NCBI GenBank assembly: GCA_944383915.1
Contig: CALWRJ010000023.1
Location: forward strand, 74,274-138,273
DNA length: 64,000 nucleotides
Reading direction: 5' to 3'
DNA from: an uncultured Clostridia bacterium
GTDB taxonomy: Bacteria > Bacillota > Clostridia > Christensenellales > UBA1242
In this document: positions 18,863 through 28,300 of the stretch, piece after piece
How positions within the stretch are numbered: position 1 is the stretch's first letter
Layout: every line of letters begins with the position of its first letter
Program-made: the position numbers and the translations under genes
The notes under the pieces: generated by a model
The model's input: only the letters and a program-made list of their open reading frames with translations
Told to the model about the DNA's origin: nothing
The model's database searches: none

Positions 18863-19203
18863 AAATTAGGAATTTTACTCGCTTTCGCTCCAATTTTGAA
18901 TTTTGAATTTTGAATTTTGAATTAAGGCTGGAATACCTAATTATAATATTTTAAGTAATAACTCCTTAACTGCTACCTGCTAATTGCTAATTGCTAATTT
19001 GAGCGTAGGGAATAAAATTTCTAATTAAATAATATCGTGAGAGTAAAACTCTTATAGTATGATAAAATCTAGCAGTTATTAGCATAATTATTTAGATATA
19101 TCAAAATTTCTAAAAGCGGAGTTAAATTAAATAAGTATAAGTAACAAGAAATTTTGTCCTTAATTCAAAATTCACAATTCAAAATTCGAGCGTCAGCGAT
19201 AAA
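18863..19203. repeat. mosaic intergenic repeat block R4
   Basis: AATTTTG x4, the AAGGCTGG...CTCCTTAA core, GCTAATT arrays, a second core-like unit, and AATTCAA arrays. Confidence 0.9.
18913..18992 (+). repeat. 80-nt perfect direct repeat, copy 1 (downstream flank of the ABC-F gene)
   Basis: Identical by eye, base for base, to 20880-20959. Confidence 0.9.
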
Positions 19204-19205
19204 TT

Positions 19206-20786
19206 TTAACTGTTCCTCTCCAAATATTCCTCATAACCGCACATACGGTCGATGAGTCCGTCTTTGATTTCAAAAACGCGGTTTGCAACACTTTGCGCTA
19301 ACTCGTGGTCGTGCGTACTAAAAATAGTTACTCCTTTAAAGTCCACCATACCTTCATTTAAGGCAGTAATACTTTCTAGGTCTAAGTGATTAGTTGGCTG
19401 GTCGAGAATTAAGACATTCGCATTCATCACCATTAGACGCGAGAGCATACAACGCACTTTTTCGCCACCAGACAAGACGCGTACTTTTTTAAGTCCATCA
19501 TCGCCACTAAATAGCATACGCCCCAAAAATCCGCGAAGGTAAGTGCTGTCCTTTTCTTTGCTAAACTGCGCTAGCCACTCTATAATATTCAAATCATTAT
19601 CAAAATAGCCCGCGGTGTCCTTCGGCAAATCGCCTTTTATAACAGTTGTCCCCCACTTCACCGTGCCTTTAAAGTCCGTAATCTCGCCCCCTAAAATTCC
19701 AAGAAGCGCGCTTACCGCCAACTCGTTTTCACCCAGCACAACTACCTTGTCATCGCGGTTTACCCTAAATGAGATATTGTCAAGCAAGACTTTTCCATCG
19801 TGCTCGTAGTAAAGTTTGTCTACTTCCAAAATGTCCTTACCCAACTCGCGCTCATACTTAAAATTTATGTAAGGATACTTGCGGTTTGATACAGGTAATT
19901 CCTCAATTTTGATTTTTTCGAGCATTTTCTTTCGGCTTGTCGCCTGCTTTGCGAGAGATTTTTTCGCACCGAATCTGCGGATAAATTCCTTCAATTCCTC
20001 GATGCGCTCCTCTTTCTTTTTGTTTTGTTGCTTGATTTGTTGTTGCATTAAAGTGCTAGCCTCGTACCAAAAATCATAGTTACCAGGCCACATACTAATT
20101 TTACTAAAATCAATGTCCACGGTATAAGTGCAAACGGTATTTAAGAAATGACGGTCGTGTGAAACAACAATAACAGTCCCAGGATAATTAATTATAAACT
20201 CCTCAAGCCACTCAATACTTTTCGGGTCCATATGGTTAGTTGGCTCGTCAAGAAGCAAAATATCAGGCGTCCCAAAAAGTGCCTGCGCAAGCATAACTTT
20301 TACCTTAATCGCACCATTTTGTTCGCTCATCAACGCATAATGAAGGTTTTCAGGCACGCCTAAGCCGTTTAAAAGTTTCGCAGCGTCAAGTTCAGCGTCC
20401 CAACCATTCATTTCGGCAAATTCAGCCTCGAGGTCAGCCGCGCGCAAACCATCCTCTTCACTAAAATCAGGCTTTGCGTACAGCGCGTCCTTTTCTTTCA
20501 TAATCTCATAAAGGCGCTTGTTCCCCATAATTACGGTGTCCATAATTGTATATTCGTCAAAGGCGAAGTGGTCTTGACGGAGTACGGACATTCGCAAATT
20601 AGCAGGTATTTCAATACTGCCTTTGCTCGCTTCCAAATCACCACTAATAAGGCGCAAAAAAGTAGACTTTCCAGCCCCATTCGCCCCGATTACACCGTAA
20701 CAGTTACCAGGGGTAAACTTTAAATTAACATCTTTAAAAAGTGGCGCTCCGCCAAAAGACAATTCTAGGTCTGTAATTGTAATCAT
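19206..20786 (-). CDS. ABC-F family ATPase (YbiT-like) with a degenerate second nucleotide-binding site
   Basis: There are two NBDs and no TM segments. NBD1 has GANGAGKST and LLLDEPTNHMD. NBD2 has GENELAVSA where Walker A should be, and ILDQPTNHLD (Gln in place of the catalytic Glu). Confidence 0.88.
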   Translation of the reverse strand: MITITDLELSFGGAPLFKDVNLKFTPGNCYGVIGANGAGKSTFLRLISGDLEASKGSIEIPANLRMSVLRQDHFAFDEYTIMDTVIMGNKRLYEIMKEKDALYAKPDFSEEDGLRAADLEAEFAEMNGWDAELDAAKLLNGLGVPENLHYALMSEQNGAIKVKVMLAQALFGTPDILLLDEPTNHMDPKSIEWLEEFIINYPGTVIVVSHDRHFLNTVCTYTVDIDFSKISMWPGNYDFWYEASTLMQQQIKQQNKKKEERIEELKEFIRRFGAKKSLAKQATSRKKMLEKIKIEELPVSNRKYPYINFKYERELGKDILEVDKLYYEHDGKVLLDNISFRVNRDDKVVVLGENELAVSALLGILGGEITDFKGTVKWGTTVIKGDLPKDTAGYFDNDLNIIEWLAQFSKEKDSTYLRGFLGRMLFSGDDGLKKVRVLSGGEKVRCMLSRLMVMNANVLILDQPTNHLDLESITALNEGMVDFKGVTIFSTHDHELAQSVANRVFEIKDGLIDRMCGYEEYLERNS

Positions 20787-20857
20787 TTTTGTACCCTTTT
20801 ACTTTTTTCTCGTTTCAGTCATTTATAAAATAAAATCTAAATACTCGATTGTGCGCA

Positions 20858-21056
20858 AAATTTTGAATTTTGAATTAGGAATTTTGAATTAAGGCTGGAA
20901 TACCTAATTATAATATTTTAAGTAATAACTCCTTAACTGCTACCTGCTAATTGCTAATTCTCGCTTTGCGTGGTAGATTCCTAATTTCTAATTCCTAATT
21001 AATTTTAGCCTTAACTGCTAATTGCTAATTGCTAATTCGCAACAAAGTTGCGGAAT
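20858..21056. repeat. mosaic intergenic repeat block R5
   Basis: Same modules as R4 (80 nt are identical), plus a CGCTTTGCG hairpin, CCTAATT/GCTAATT arrays and a CGCAAC-AAA-GTTGCG hairpin. Confidence 0.9.
20880..20959 (+). repeat. 80-nt perfect direct repeat, copy 2 (upstream flank of the ABC-F gene)
   Basis: Identical by eye, base for base, to 18913-18992. Confidence 0.9.
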
Positions 21057-22805
21057 TTAATTCTTAATATCAACCTTAATACTTAATTCGCGGAGTTGTT
21101 TCTCGCTAACTTCGCTAGGCGCGTTCATAAGCGGGTCGTAAGCAGATTTGTTAAGCGGGAACGCGATAACTTCGCGAACATTCGGTTCATCGAGCATAAG
21201 CATAATACTGCGGTCGATACCGAGAGCCATACCAGCGTGCGGTGGCGCACCATATTGAAATGCGTTGTAAAGCGCACCGAAGCGTTCGACACAGTCCTTT
21301 TCGCTAAGTCCAACAATTTCCATAAGTTTAAGCATCGTGCGTGCATCGTGGTTACGCTCTGCCCCACTCACCAATTCAACACCGTTGCAAACTAGGTCAA
21401 ATTGATTTGCGTAAAGCGAAAGCGCATTCTCTTTTGTCAAGTCGTCAACAGGACGATTCGGCTTGTTAAACGGGTTGTGGCAGAATTGAATTTGTCCTTC
21501 GTCATCAAGTTCGTACATAGGAAAGTCCGTTATCCAGCAAAATTCAAACTTGTTCGGGTCGCAAAGTTCAAGTTCATCGCCAAGAAGATTGCGCAAAATT
21601 CCACTTAACTTCGTAGTCCCCTCGGGCTTACCTGCTAGCATAAAAATGCTTGTGCCTTCTCGCGCGCTCGTCTTTTCGATAATTTGCGCCTTTTCGTCAT
21701 CGCTCAAAAATTTAGCAATAGGGCTAACCATTTCGTTGTTCGCCTCAACCTTTATCCACGCAAGCCCTTTACTGCCCGCTTCCATCATTTTCGTAGTTAA
21801 ATTGTCGTAAAATGAACGCGGTTTTCCAGCGATATCATGTACCGCGATTGCCTTAACCGTGCTATTTTTAAATGCGTTAAAGTTGGTATTTTTAAAAACT
21901 TCAGTTAGGTTTACCACAACAAGCGGGTTCCTAAGGTCTGGCTTGTCTGTGCCATATAATTCCATACTTTCATTAAATGGAATGCGCCTAAATGGTGGCT
22001 TGTTAATTTCTTTATGTCCAAAAGTTTTGAATAATTCGTAATAGATAATCTCACCGAGTTCAAACATATCCTCTTGCGTTGCAAAACTCATTTCCATATC
22101 GAGTTGATAAAACTCGCCCGCCGTTCTGTCTGCGCGCGCGTCCTCATCTCTAAAACAAGGTGCGATTTGGAAATACCTATCAAAGCCACCTACCATCAAT
22201 AATTGTTTAAACATCTGTGGTGCTTGCGGAAGTGCGTAAAACTTGCCTGGGTGCTGTCTTGCTGGCACTAAAAAAGCACGCGCGCCTTCTGGCGAATCGG
22301 CAGTTAGAATGGGTGTTGCAATTTCAACAAAGTTTAGCGACTCCATTTTGTTGCGCATCCAACTATTTATCTTGCTACGAAGCAAAATATTGTTGTACAC
22401 TTCGGGATTGCGAAGGTCTAAAAAGCGGTATTTTGTGCGCACATCCTCGCGGATTCGCTTGCTGTCCTCAACTTCAAAAGGAAGTGGCTGAGTAACAGGT
22501 CCAAGTAGGTCGACAGTGTCCGCCACAATTTCGATTTCGCCTGTCGCAAGTTTGGGGTTCGTGTTCCCTTCACCACGGCTAACCACCTTACCACTAACCG
22601 AAATAACACTTTCGCGTGTAACGTGCTTTAATTTTGTGTCGTCCTCCACAACAACCTGCACTATTCCCGTCTGGTCGCGAAGGTCGATAAAAGTAATGCC
22701 CCCGTGGTCACGAATAGTAGCCACCCAACCAGCCACTTTTACCGTGCTTCCTTCCATAGATTTATTAACATCATTGCAGTATTGTGTTCGAAAAGTCGTC
22801 TGCAT
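21057..22805 (-). CDS. aspS: aspartate--tRNA ligase (bacterial type)
   Basis: 582 aa from the ATG at 22803-22805 (AGGAGA RBS). FRTQYCNDV start, class II motifs FYQIAPCFRDED and GLDR. The ORF-track start at 22853 is trimmed. Confidence 0.93.
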   Translation of the reverse strand: MQTTFRTQYCNDVNKSMEGSTVKVAGWVATIRDHGGITFIDLRDQTGIVQVVVEDDTKLKHVTRESVISVSGKVVSRGEGNTNPKLATGEIEIVADTVDLLGPVTQPLPFEVEDSKRIREDVRTKYRFLDLRNPEVYNNILLRSKINSWMRNKMESLNFVEIATPILTADSPEGARAFLVPARQHPGKFYALPQAPQMFKQLLMVGGFDRYFQIAPCFRDEDARADRTAGEFYQLDMEMSFATQEDMFELGEIIYYELFKTFGHKEINKPPFRRIPFNESMELYGTDKPDLRNPLVVVNLTEVFKNTNFNAFKNSTVKAIAVHDIAGKPRSFYDNLTTKMMEAGSKGLAWIKVEANNEMVSPIAKFLSDDEKAQIIEKTSAREGTSIFMLAGKPEGTTKLSGILRNLLGDELELCDPNKFEFCWITDFPMYELDDEGQIQFCHNPFNKPNRPVDDLTKENALSLYANQFDLVCNGVELVSGAERNHDARTMLKLMEIVGLSEKDCVERFGALYNAFQYGAPPHAGMALGIDRSIMLMLDEPNVREVIAFPLNKSAYDPLMNAPSEVSEKQLRELSIKVDIKN

Positions 22806-22841
22806 TTTAATTCTCCTAAATAAAAAATTTGTGCTTTTTTG

Positions 22842-22870
22842 ATTATATAACAAATCTTAACAAATTTCAA
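22842..22870 (-). promoter_or_regulatory. sigma-70-type promoter of aspS
   Basis: On the minus strand, TTGAAA (22865-22870), a 17-nt spacer, then TATAAT (22842-22847). The leader is about 30 nt. Confidence 0.65.
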
Positions 22871-22892
22871 GTATTAAACCGCATTAAAGCCT

Positions 22893-22929
22893 AAAAATAA
22901 TAAAAATCTTGCCGATAAAACAAGATTTT
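22893..22929 (-). terminator. intrinsic terminator after the MFS gene, distal to repeat block R6
   Basis: AAAATCTTG ... CAAGATTTT 9-bp stem at 22903-22929, then TTATTATTTTT on the minus strand. Confidence 0.6.
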
Positions 22930-22933
22930 ATAT

Positions 22934-23046
22934 AATTAGGAAATAGTAATTAGGAATTACGGAAGGTTATTATTCAAAATAAATAATATACCCAGTAATA
23001 ATTCAAAATTCAAAATTCGAGCACCAGCGAGTAAGACTGCTAATTT
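22934..23046. repeat. mosaic intergenic repeat block R6
   Basis: AATTAGG-type array, a core (ATAATATACCCAGTAATAA), then an AATTCAA array. The block runs into the MFS stop codon. Confidence 0.85.
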
Positions 23047-24518
23047 TTATCAGTATTTTCGTTAATTTCGTTGTTTTCGATATTTTCGATATTTTTGTTT
23101 GATTTTTCTGTATTTTCTGCTGTTTCAGTTTTATCAGTAATCTCGACTGTTTCTATTTTTTCAGTATTTTCTATATTTTCGCTAACATCATTTGTTTTTT
23201 CGGTATTATTTTCAATTAGTTTGTGTTTTGGCTTTTTGTAGCACATAAATACTATTAGTGCAAGAGCGGTAAATATAGTTACATACGGGAAAAGCCACTG
23301 GTAACCGAGAGCCTTAAAGAAAAATCCAACACAAATTGGCGTTATACTTTGTGCAAGCATACTAGCCGCGTAATACCAGCCCGTAAGTCTGCCTACATTT
23401 TGCTTGTCTGCCATTTCAACAACCATAGGATAACTATTTACATTCACCCACGCCCAGCCTACACCAGCAATAGCGATTAAGACATAAAGCACCCAAATAT
23501 TAGTAACAAAGCACGCGATAAAGACAGCGACTAGTAACATCGAAAGCCCAAGCACAATTGTCCACTTACGCCCAAGTTTATCCGCGATAAAACTGCCAGG
23601 GATAAAGCCGATAAGGCTTGCAACAGTCAATACGATTACCGCCATTCCCCACCAGCCCGTGTCTTGTCCTAAATACTGCGCGCCGTATGTCGAGCCGAAG
23701 GTTTCTATCGCATTAAAGGCAAAGAACCACAAGAAAATTGACCCGAGCAAAATTATTAGATTTCGCTTATCTAGTTTAGTTAGCGGACGATGTTCGGCAA
23801 GCGGTGTTTCGGTTTCGGAGAATGCTTCCCCTGCTTCCATTTCCGCCTTCGTTTCGGCTAAAATCTTGTTTTCCTTAATTTTTACCAACAAAATAACAAG
23901 CGCAACAATCATTAGTACCGCTGTCGCGACAAAAGGTATCCAAATCGTGTTTGTGTTGTACATAAGGACGCCATTTTCCCATTCCGCAGGAAAAAGTATT
24001 GCAAGAAGCCCTGCAAACATTCCCCCAATGTAGCCGAGTAGATTAATTATCGCGTTCGCCTTACTGCGTAGCGGTTTTGGTGTGATGTCTGGCATAAGCG
24101 ACACTGACGGCGAGCGGTAAATATTCATCGCAAGGAGCAAAAATGCCATTACTACAATCATCCAAATATATTGATTTACGATAAACAAAACAGCAATTAG
24201 CGGAAAAAGAATAACTGACGCAACAATTCCCGCAATTATGTATGGCATACGCTTACCTAGGCGCGATTTCGTATTGTCCGAAAGCCTACCAAAAAGTGGC
24301 AACATAAATAGTGCTAAAATGTTGTCCATCGCCATAATTATACCAACTAAATACGAGTGGTCCTCGGGCACACCGCCGAAAGTCTTTACAAAATAATCAC
24401 TTAAAAAAAGCGGACAGTAAGTATTATATATTTGCCAAAGCATCATAATCGTAAAAAACGCAAGCCCGATATAAATTGTGCGCTTAACATTTAATTTAAA
24501 TTTGGGAGTTTGTTCCAT
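23040..24518 (-). CDS. MFS transporter (GPH/SLC45-like) with a low-complexity acidic C-terminal tail
   Basis: About 12 hydrophobic segments. The loop motif GRLSDNTKSRLGKRMPY is present. The last ~60 aa are E/N/T/K-rich (ENTEKIETVEITDKTETAENTEK...NIENIENNEINEN). Confidence 0.75.
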   Translation of the reverse strand: MEQTPKFKLNVKRTIYIGLAFFTIMMLWQIYNTYCPLFLSDYFVKTFGGVPEDHSYLVGIIMAMDNILALFMLPLFGRLSDNTKSRLGKRMPYIIAGIVASVILFPLIAVLFIVNQYIWMIVVMAFLLLAMNIYRSPSVSLMPDITPKPLRSKANAIINLLGYIGGMFAGLLAILFPAEWENGVLMYNTNTIWIPFVATAVLMIVALVILLVKIKENKILAETKAEMEAGEAFSETETPLAEHRPLTKLDKRNLIILLGSIFLWFFAFNAIETFGSTYGAQYLGQDTGWWGMAVIVLTVASLIGFIPGSFIADKLGRKWTIVLGLSMLLVAVFIACFVTNIWVLYVLIAIAGVGWAWVNVNSYPMVVEMADKQNVGRLTGWYYAASMLAQSITPICVGFFFKALGYQWLFPYVTIFTALALIVFMCYKKPKHKLIENNTEKTNDVSENIENTEKIETVEITDKTETAENTEKSNKNIENIENNEINENTDKN

Positions 24519-24785
24519 AATAACTTCCTTTTAAATTTAATTTCCTTTTTAAGCAAAACTAAAACACTTTTAGTAGAGTTGCTAGCAAAAACTCTTTTAG
24601 CAAAATGTTATTCGTTTAAAGTAAATTTTTTTACAGTGTCATTTTTTAATAAAAATCAAACTTAATTTTATAGTGTTGTTTTTTAATAAAAAATATTTAG
24701 TATAATATTAAAACTGCTTTCCTTTTGCCCATACTATAATTTTATTTTATCAAATTTAAACTTTATAAGCAAGCAAATTTAGATT

Positions 24786-25042
24786 AATTAGTAATTAGGA
24801 ATTAGGAATTAGGAATTTCGGGGCGCGTGCGCGCAAGCATATGTGCTTAGCGCAAATTAAGAATTAGGAATTTTATTCGCTTCGCTTAAATTAGCAATTA
24901 GTAATTAGCAATTAGCAGTTAAGGCTTAGCGCTTCGCGCAATTTTGAATTAGAAATTTTGAATTTTGAATTATTACTGGGTATATTATTTATTTTAGATA
25001 ATAACTCCACAATTCCTAATTACTAATTCCTAATTTCTAATT
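24786..25042. repeat. mosaic intergenic repeat block R7, bounded by 32-nt inverted heptad arms
   Basis: 24786-24817 matches the reverse complement of 25011-25042 at 30 of 32 positions. GC hairpins, AATTAGC and AATTTTG arrays and the core lie between the arms. Confidence 0.9.
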
Positions 25043-25059
25043 TTTTCTGCGTGAATACT

Positions 25060-25088
25060 AAAACAAAAAAGACGGTTTCCCGTCTTTT
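25060..25088 (-). terminator. intrinsic terminator ~280 nt after the 4469-aa ORF
   Basis: AAAAGACGG-TTTC-CCGTCTTTT hairpin with T runs on both sides. Confidence 0.75.
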
Positions 25089-25369
25089 TTGCCTTGATTT
25101 ATTGCCTATTAATTTATCTAACAGCGCGCTTGATGGTTTAAAGAGCGCTATTTAGCAAATTTTTATATTTAGCAATAAGTTTTACGCAGTTTTTTTAGTT
25201 TTGTTGTTAAAAAATTAGTGATACAGTTCTTTAAAACAATTAGAATAGTTGAATTGTGTTTTTTGCGTAATTCGAATTTGATAATAAATATCTAATTATA
25301 CATATAACACAAAACAATTTTAGTTATTTTCTATTTTTTTGTTTAATAAGGAAATATAGAAGTTTATTA

Positions 25370-28300
25370 CTAATTCCTTCCTGCAAATGCTACACGTGCT
25401 GAACCATTATCAAAGCGATCGTAATCACCGCCCCACACTTCATCCGTAGAACCTCTTAAATTATATCTAAGAGAAAACGATGCAGAACCTCCAGAACTTA
25501 ATGAGCGTGTAGAATCATTAGAACCAAAAGATGCCGTTTTAGATGGTCCATCTCCAAGTATTGAATGAGTATCTGTACATCTTATAGATCCCCCACTAAT
25601 TCTTACGTCAAATGAAAAACTACCAGGAAGTTCTGAACATGATACAGTAATTGATACACTTATATCATAATATGATTGATAATTTATCCAGTTTGTTGTA
25701 GATTCATATATAACGCCACCTGTTACTTTTGCGGATACATAGTTCATTACATTATCCGATCCCGTATAGACTTTTTGACCTGCTTTAAAGGCTTTTATCC
25801 CACTTCCTGGCGAGATATTTACAGTATCACTCCAACTGCTTTGACCACCAAACGCTGGTCCAAAGCCTGGCTTACAATATACTGTTACAGTCATTCTAAG
25901 CGTATTGACATCTTGACTAAATGTTAGATTCGTGCCAGATTGTGAACCAGTAGACCCCGAACTACTAAAGTTTGATGGAATTTCTTGCTCAACTCCTTCC
26001 GTAGCCTGTGCTCCACTAAATCCATAAGTCCATTCAGCATCTATAGAAGCACCGCCCATATTTGAATAACTTGTTTTTACTCCTGTAATGGTTTGCCAAC
26101 TTGCTTGAGTAGTTGCTTCTTGCACTATTTTTGAATTATCTGGAGCACTAGGATCCCATACCCAATCACCATATGCAGCAATACCATCTCCACCCTTATC
26201 TACAATCGTAGGTGTACCGATATTTGCACTCGGGTGGTATGGAATTTCAAAGAATATATCTGTTGAGTATGAATAATATACAGGGAGCAAATTATGCGCT
26301 TCATCATAACCATCGTGTACAGGGATAACTGTAAAGTAGTTTGTACCACCCTGGATATTACCTATATAGTTTGTATAACCACTATACAAGCATCTACTTA
26401 CCGTTGCCGCGTCATATGATTGGCTCGCAAAAGCATCAGCACTGCCCGAACTAAAAGTCCACGAAGCCGTGTAGGTATAAGTGCTAGTAGCCTTATTTAC
26501 AGTAACTGTTGCGCTAGTTTCTTTTGCTTGACCTGCTAGGTTGTACTGGTCTAGTGTAACTTGCAAAGTGCCAAGTTGGTTGTTAGCAGAGAAATTTGCT
26601 TCCATATAGATAGTACTTCCACTTACGCTAAAATCAATTCGGCTAGTATCAAATGGCAACTCTCGATAATAGTTTAAAATTAAGCCATTTGAGAAATCAC
26701 TTTCAAGCACATAGTCATTTGAATAATCAGTCGTTACCCTATCAAATTTAACGTAGATTATAAAGCCGTCTGACGCTCGAATTTCGGGGTTATCAACTAG
26801 ATAATCGTTTATAAAGTTGTTTAGCATATTGTAGTACTCACTAGCCGATGTTGACGGACTAATTGTGTACCATTCATCAATACTAATTGTCCGTTGTGAA
26901 TACGGATAATAATATCTAAATGTTACCCTGTTTGGAGCCATATTGTATGGTTGCCCAGTTTTATCTTGAGTAGTTGAGTAATTTTTCCATAGAGCTTCGC
27001 CTTGGTAACCATTTTGCAAAATACTAGATGTAAGCGCTGCAACAGTACCGCGAGAAGTATTTGCTAGTGGTTCCATATCGATTGTTAACGATTCAATGTC
27101 CATTTTTAATTTTAATGTAACGGTGTAATATAAGTCTTTACTATTGTATCCCCTACCTACATAAGTCATTGAGTCATCAACAGCAGCGATAATATTAATT
27201 AACCATCTATCGTTTTGATTTGCTGGCAACTCCCATTGATTGTAGTAACTACTATCAGTATAAGGGTCACCAACATCAATTTTTAAAATATCCGTTAGAT
27301 TTTTAATGTTAGAGGTATTAGTATTATTCGGCGAAAGAGTACAAGCGCTACGCACAATTCCGTTGTCAATACTATATGTTTCGTGGTCTGGTCTTGTTAG
27401 GTAAACATAGTAATTTACATTACGACTAATAGTCCTATATTGTAGCGGAATGTAGTTTTGGTAGTAGTAGTAGTAACCTTGCTCACGATAGAATGATGAA
27501 ATTTCATCATTATACTGCTCGGTACTAAATGTGCAGTTATTTTGGTTGAAGTCTGTTTGCACGGTTTCAAGTCTTGAATAGAAGTAGAATGAGTAAGTAC
27601 CGCTATTTGATTCGCTCGCCCAATCACTTGACACCCAGTTTAATGCTGAACTACCACTTGGTGCTACGGTGCGGATATCAATAGTAATTAGTCCGCCGTG
27701 GTAAAGTCCACTTGAAAGTGGAGTGTCCTCGTTAATAAGGTTGAATATTCTCTCATATAGACAAGATACTGAATACAAATAAATGTCGCGGTAATTTGTG
27801 TAGTCGTACCTTGCAGTGTCTGTGTCTTTTCCACTTGATAATGCGCTAGCCAACTCCTCGGCGAACCGTCCAGACATAATGTTGTCATTGTACCCTTGTA
27901 GCAATGTGTAATCGGTATACATAGTTGCGTTTACATCACGAGTATTTAAGGTGAATGTTTCCGTCTTATCTCCATAAGTAAGCCTTATCTCGTAAACGGT
28001 GTTTGCGTTAGTTGCAAGCATACCATATTCAAATTCTTGTCCGCCGAGTCCCTCTAAATCTTTTCGGCTCGTGTACATATACGGGTTTGTTGCAAGCCCT
28101 GAGTATTCATATCCGCTAATATTTCCGTAGTTTGGCGCAAGGTTTGTGTCGTAAGTTGTTCCGTTTACTTCAATACTACTCATATTATAGTACTGTTCGA
28201 GGTCACTATTCATAGTATCAAACATCAAGTGCACTGAAGGTGCGGTGTATTGTTTTTGAATAGATAAATAGTCAAGACTTTCGGAGCGTTTAGACGAAAC

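Noticed and set aside
18848-19205. T-box leader expected upstream of cysS (likewise aspS 22806-22900 and glyQS 50405-50480)
   Set aside because: I found no GGTGGTACCGCG-type T-box sequence or specifier-loop architecture. aspS and glyQS have good promoters only ~30 nt from their RBS. The absence is noted but not treated as a discovery, because many lineages lack T-boxes on these genes.
25370-26900. Diversity-generating retroelement targeting the C-terminus of the 4469-aa protein
   Set aside because: There is no reverse transcriptase gene, and I could see no template-repeat copy of the C-terminal coding sequence anywhere in the window.
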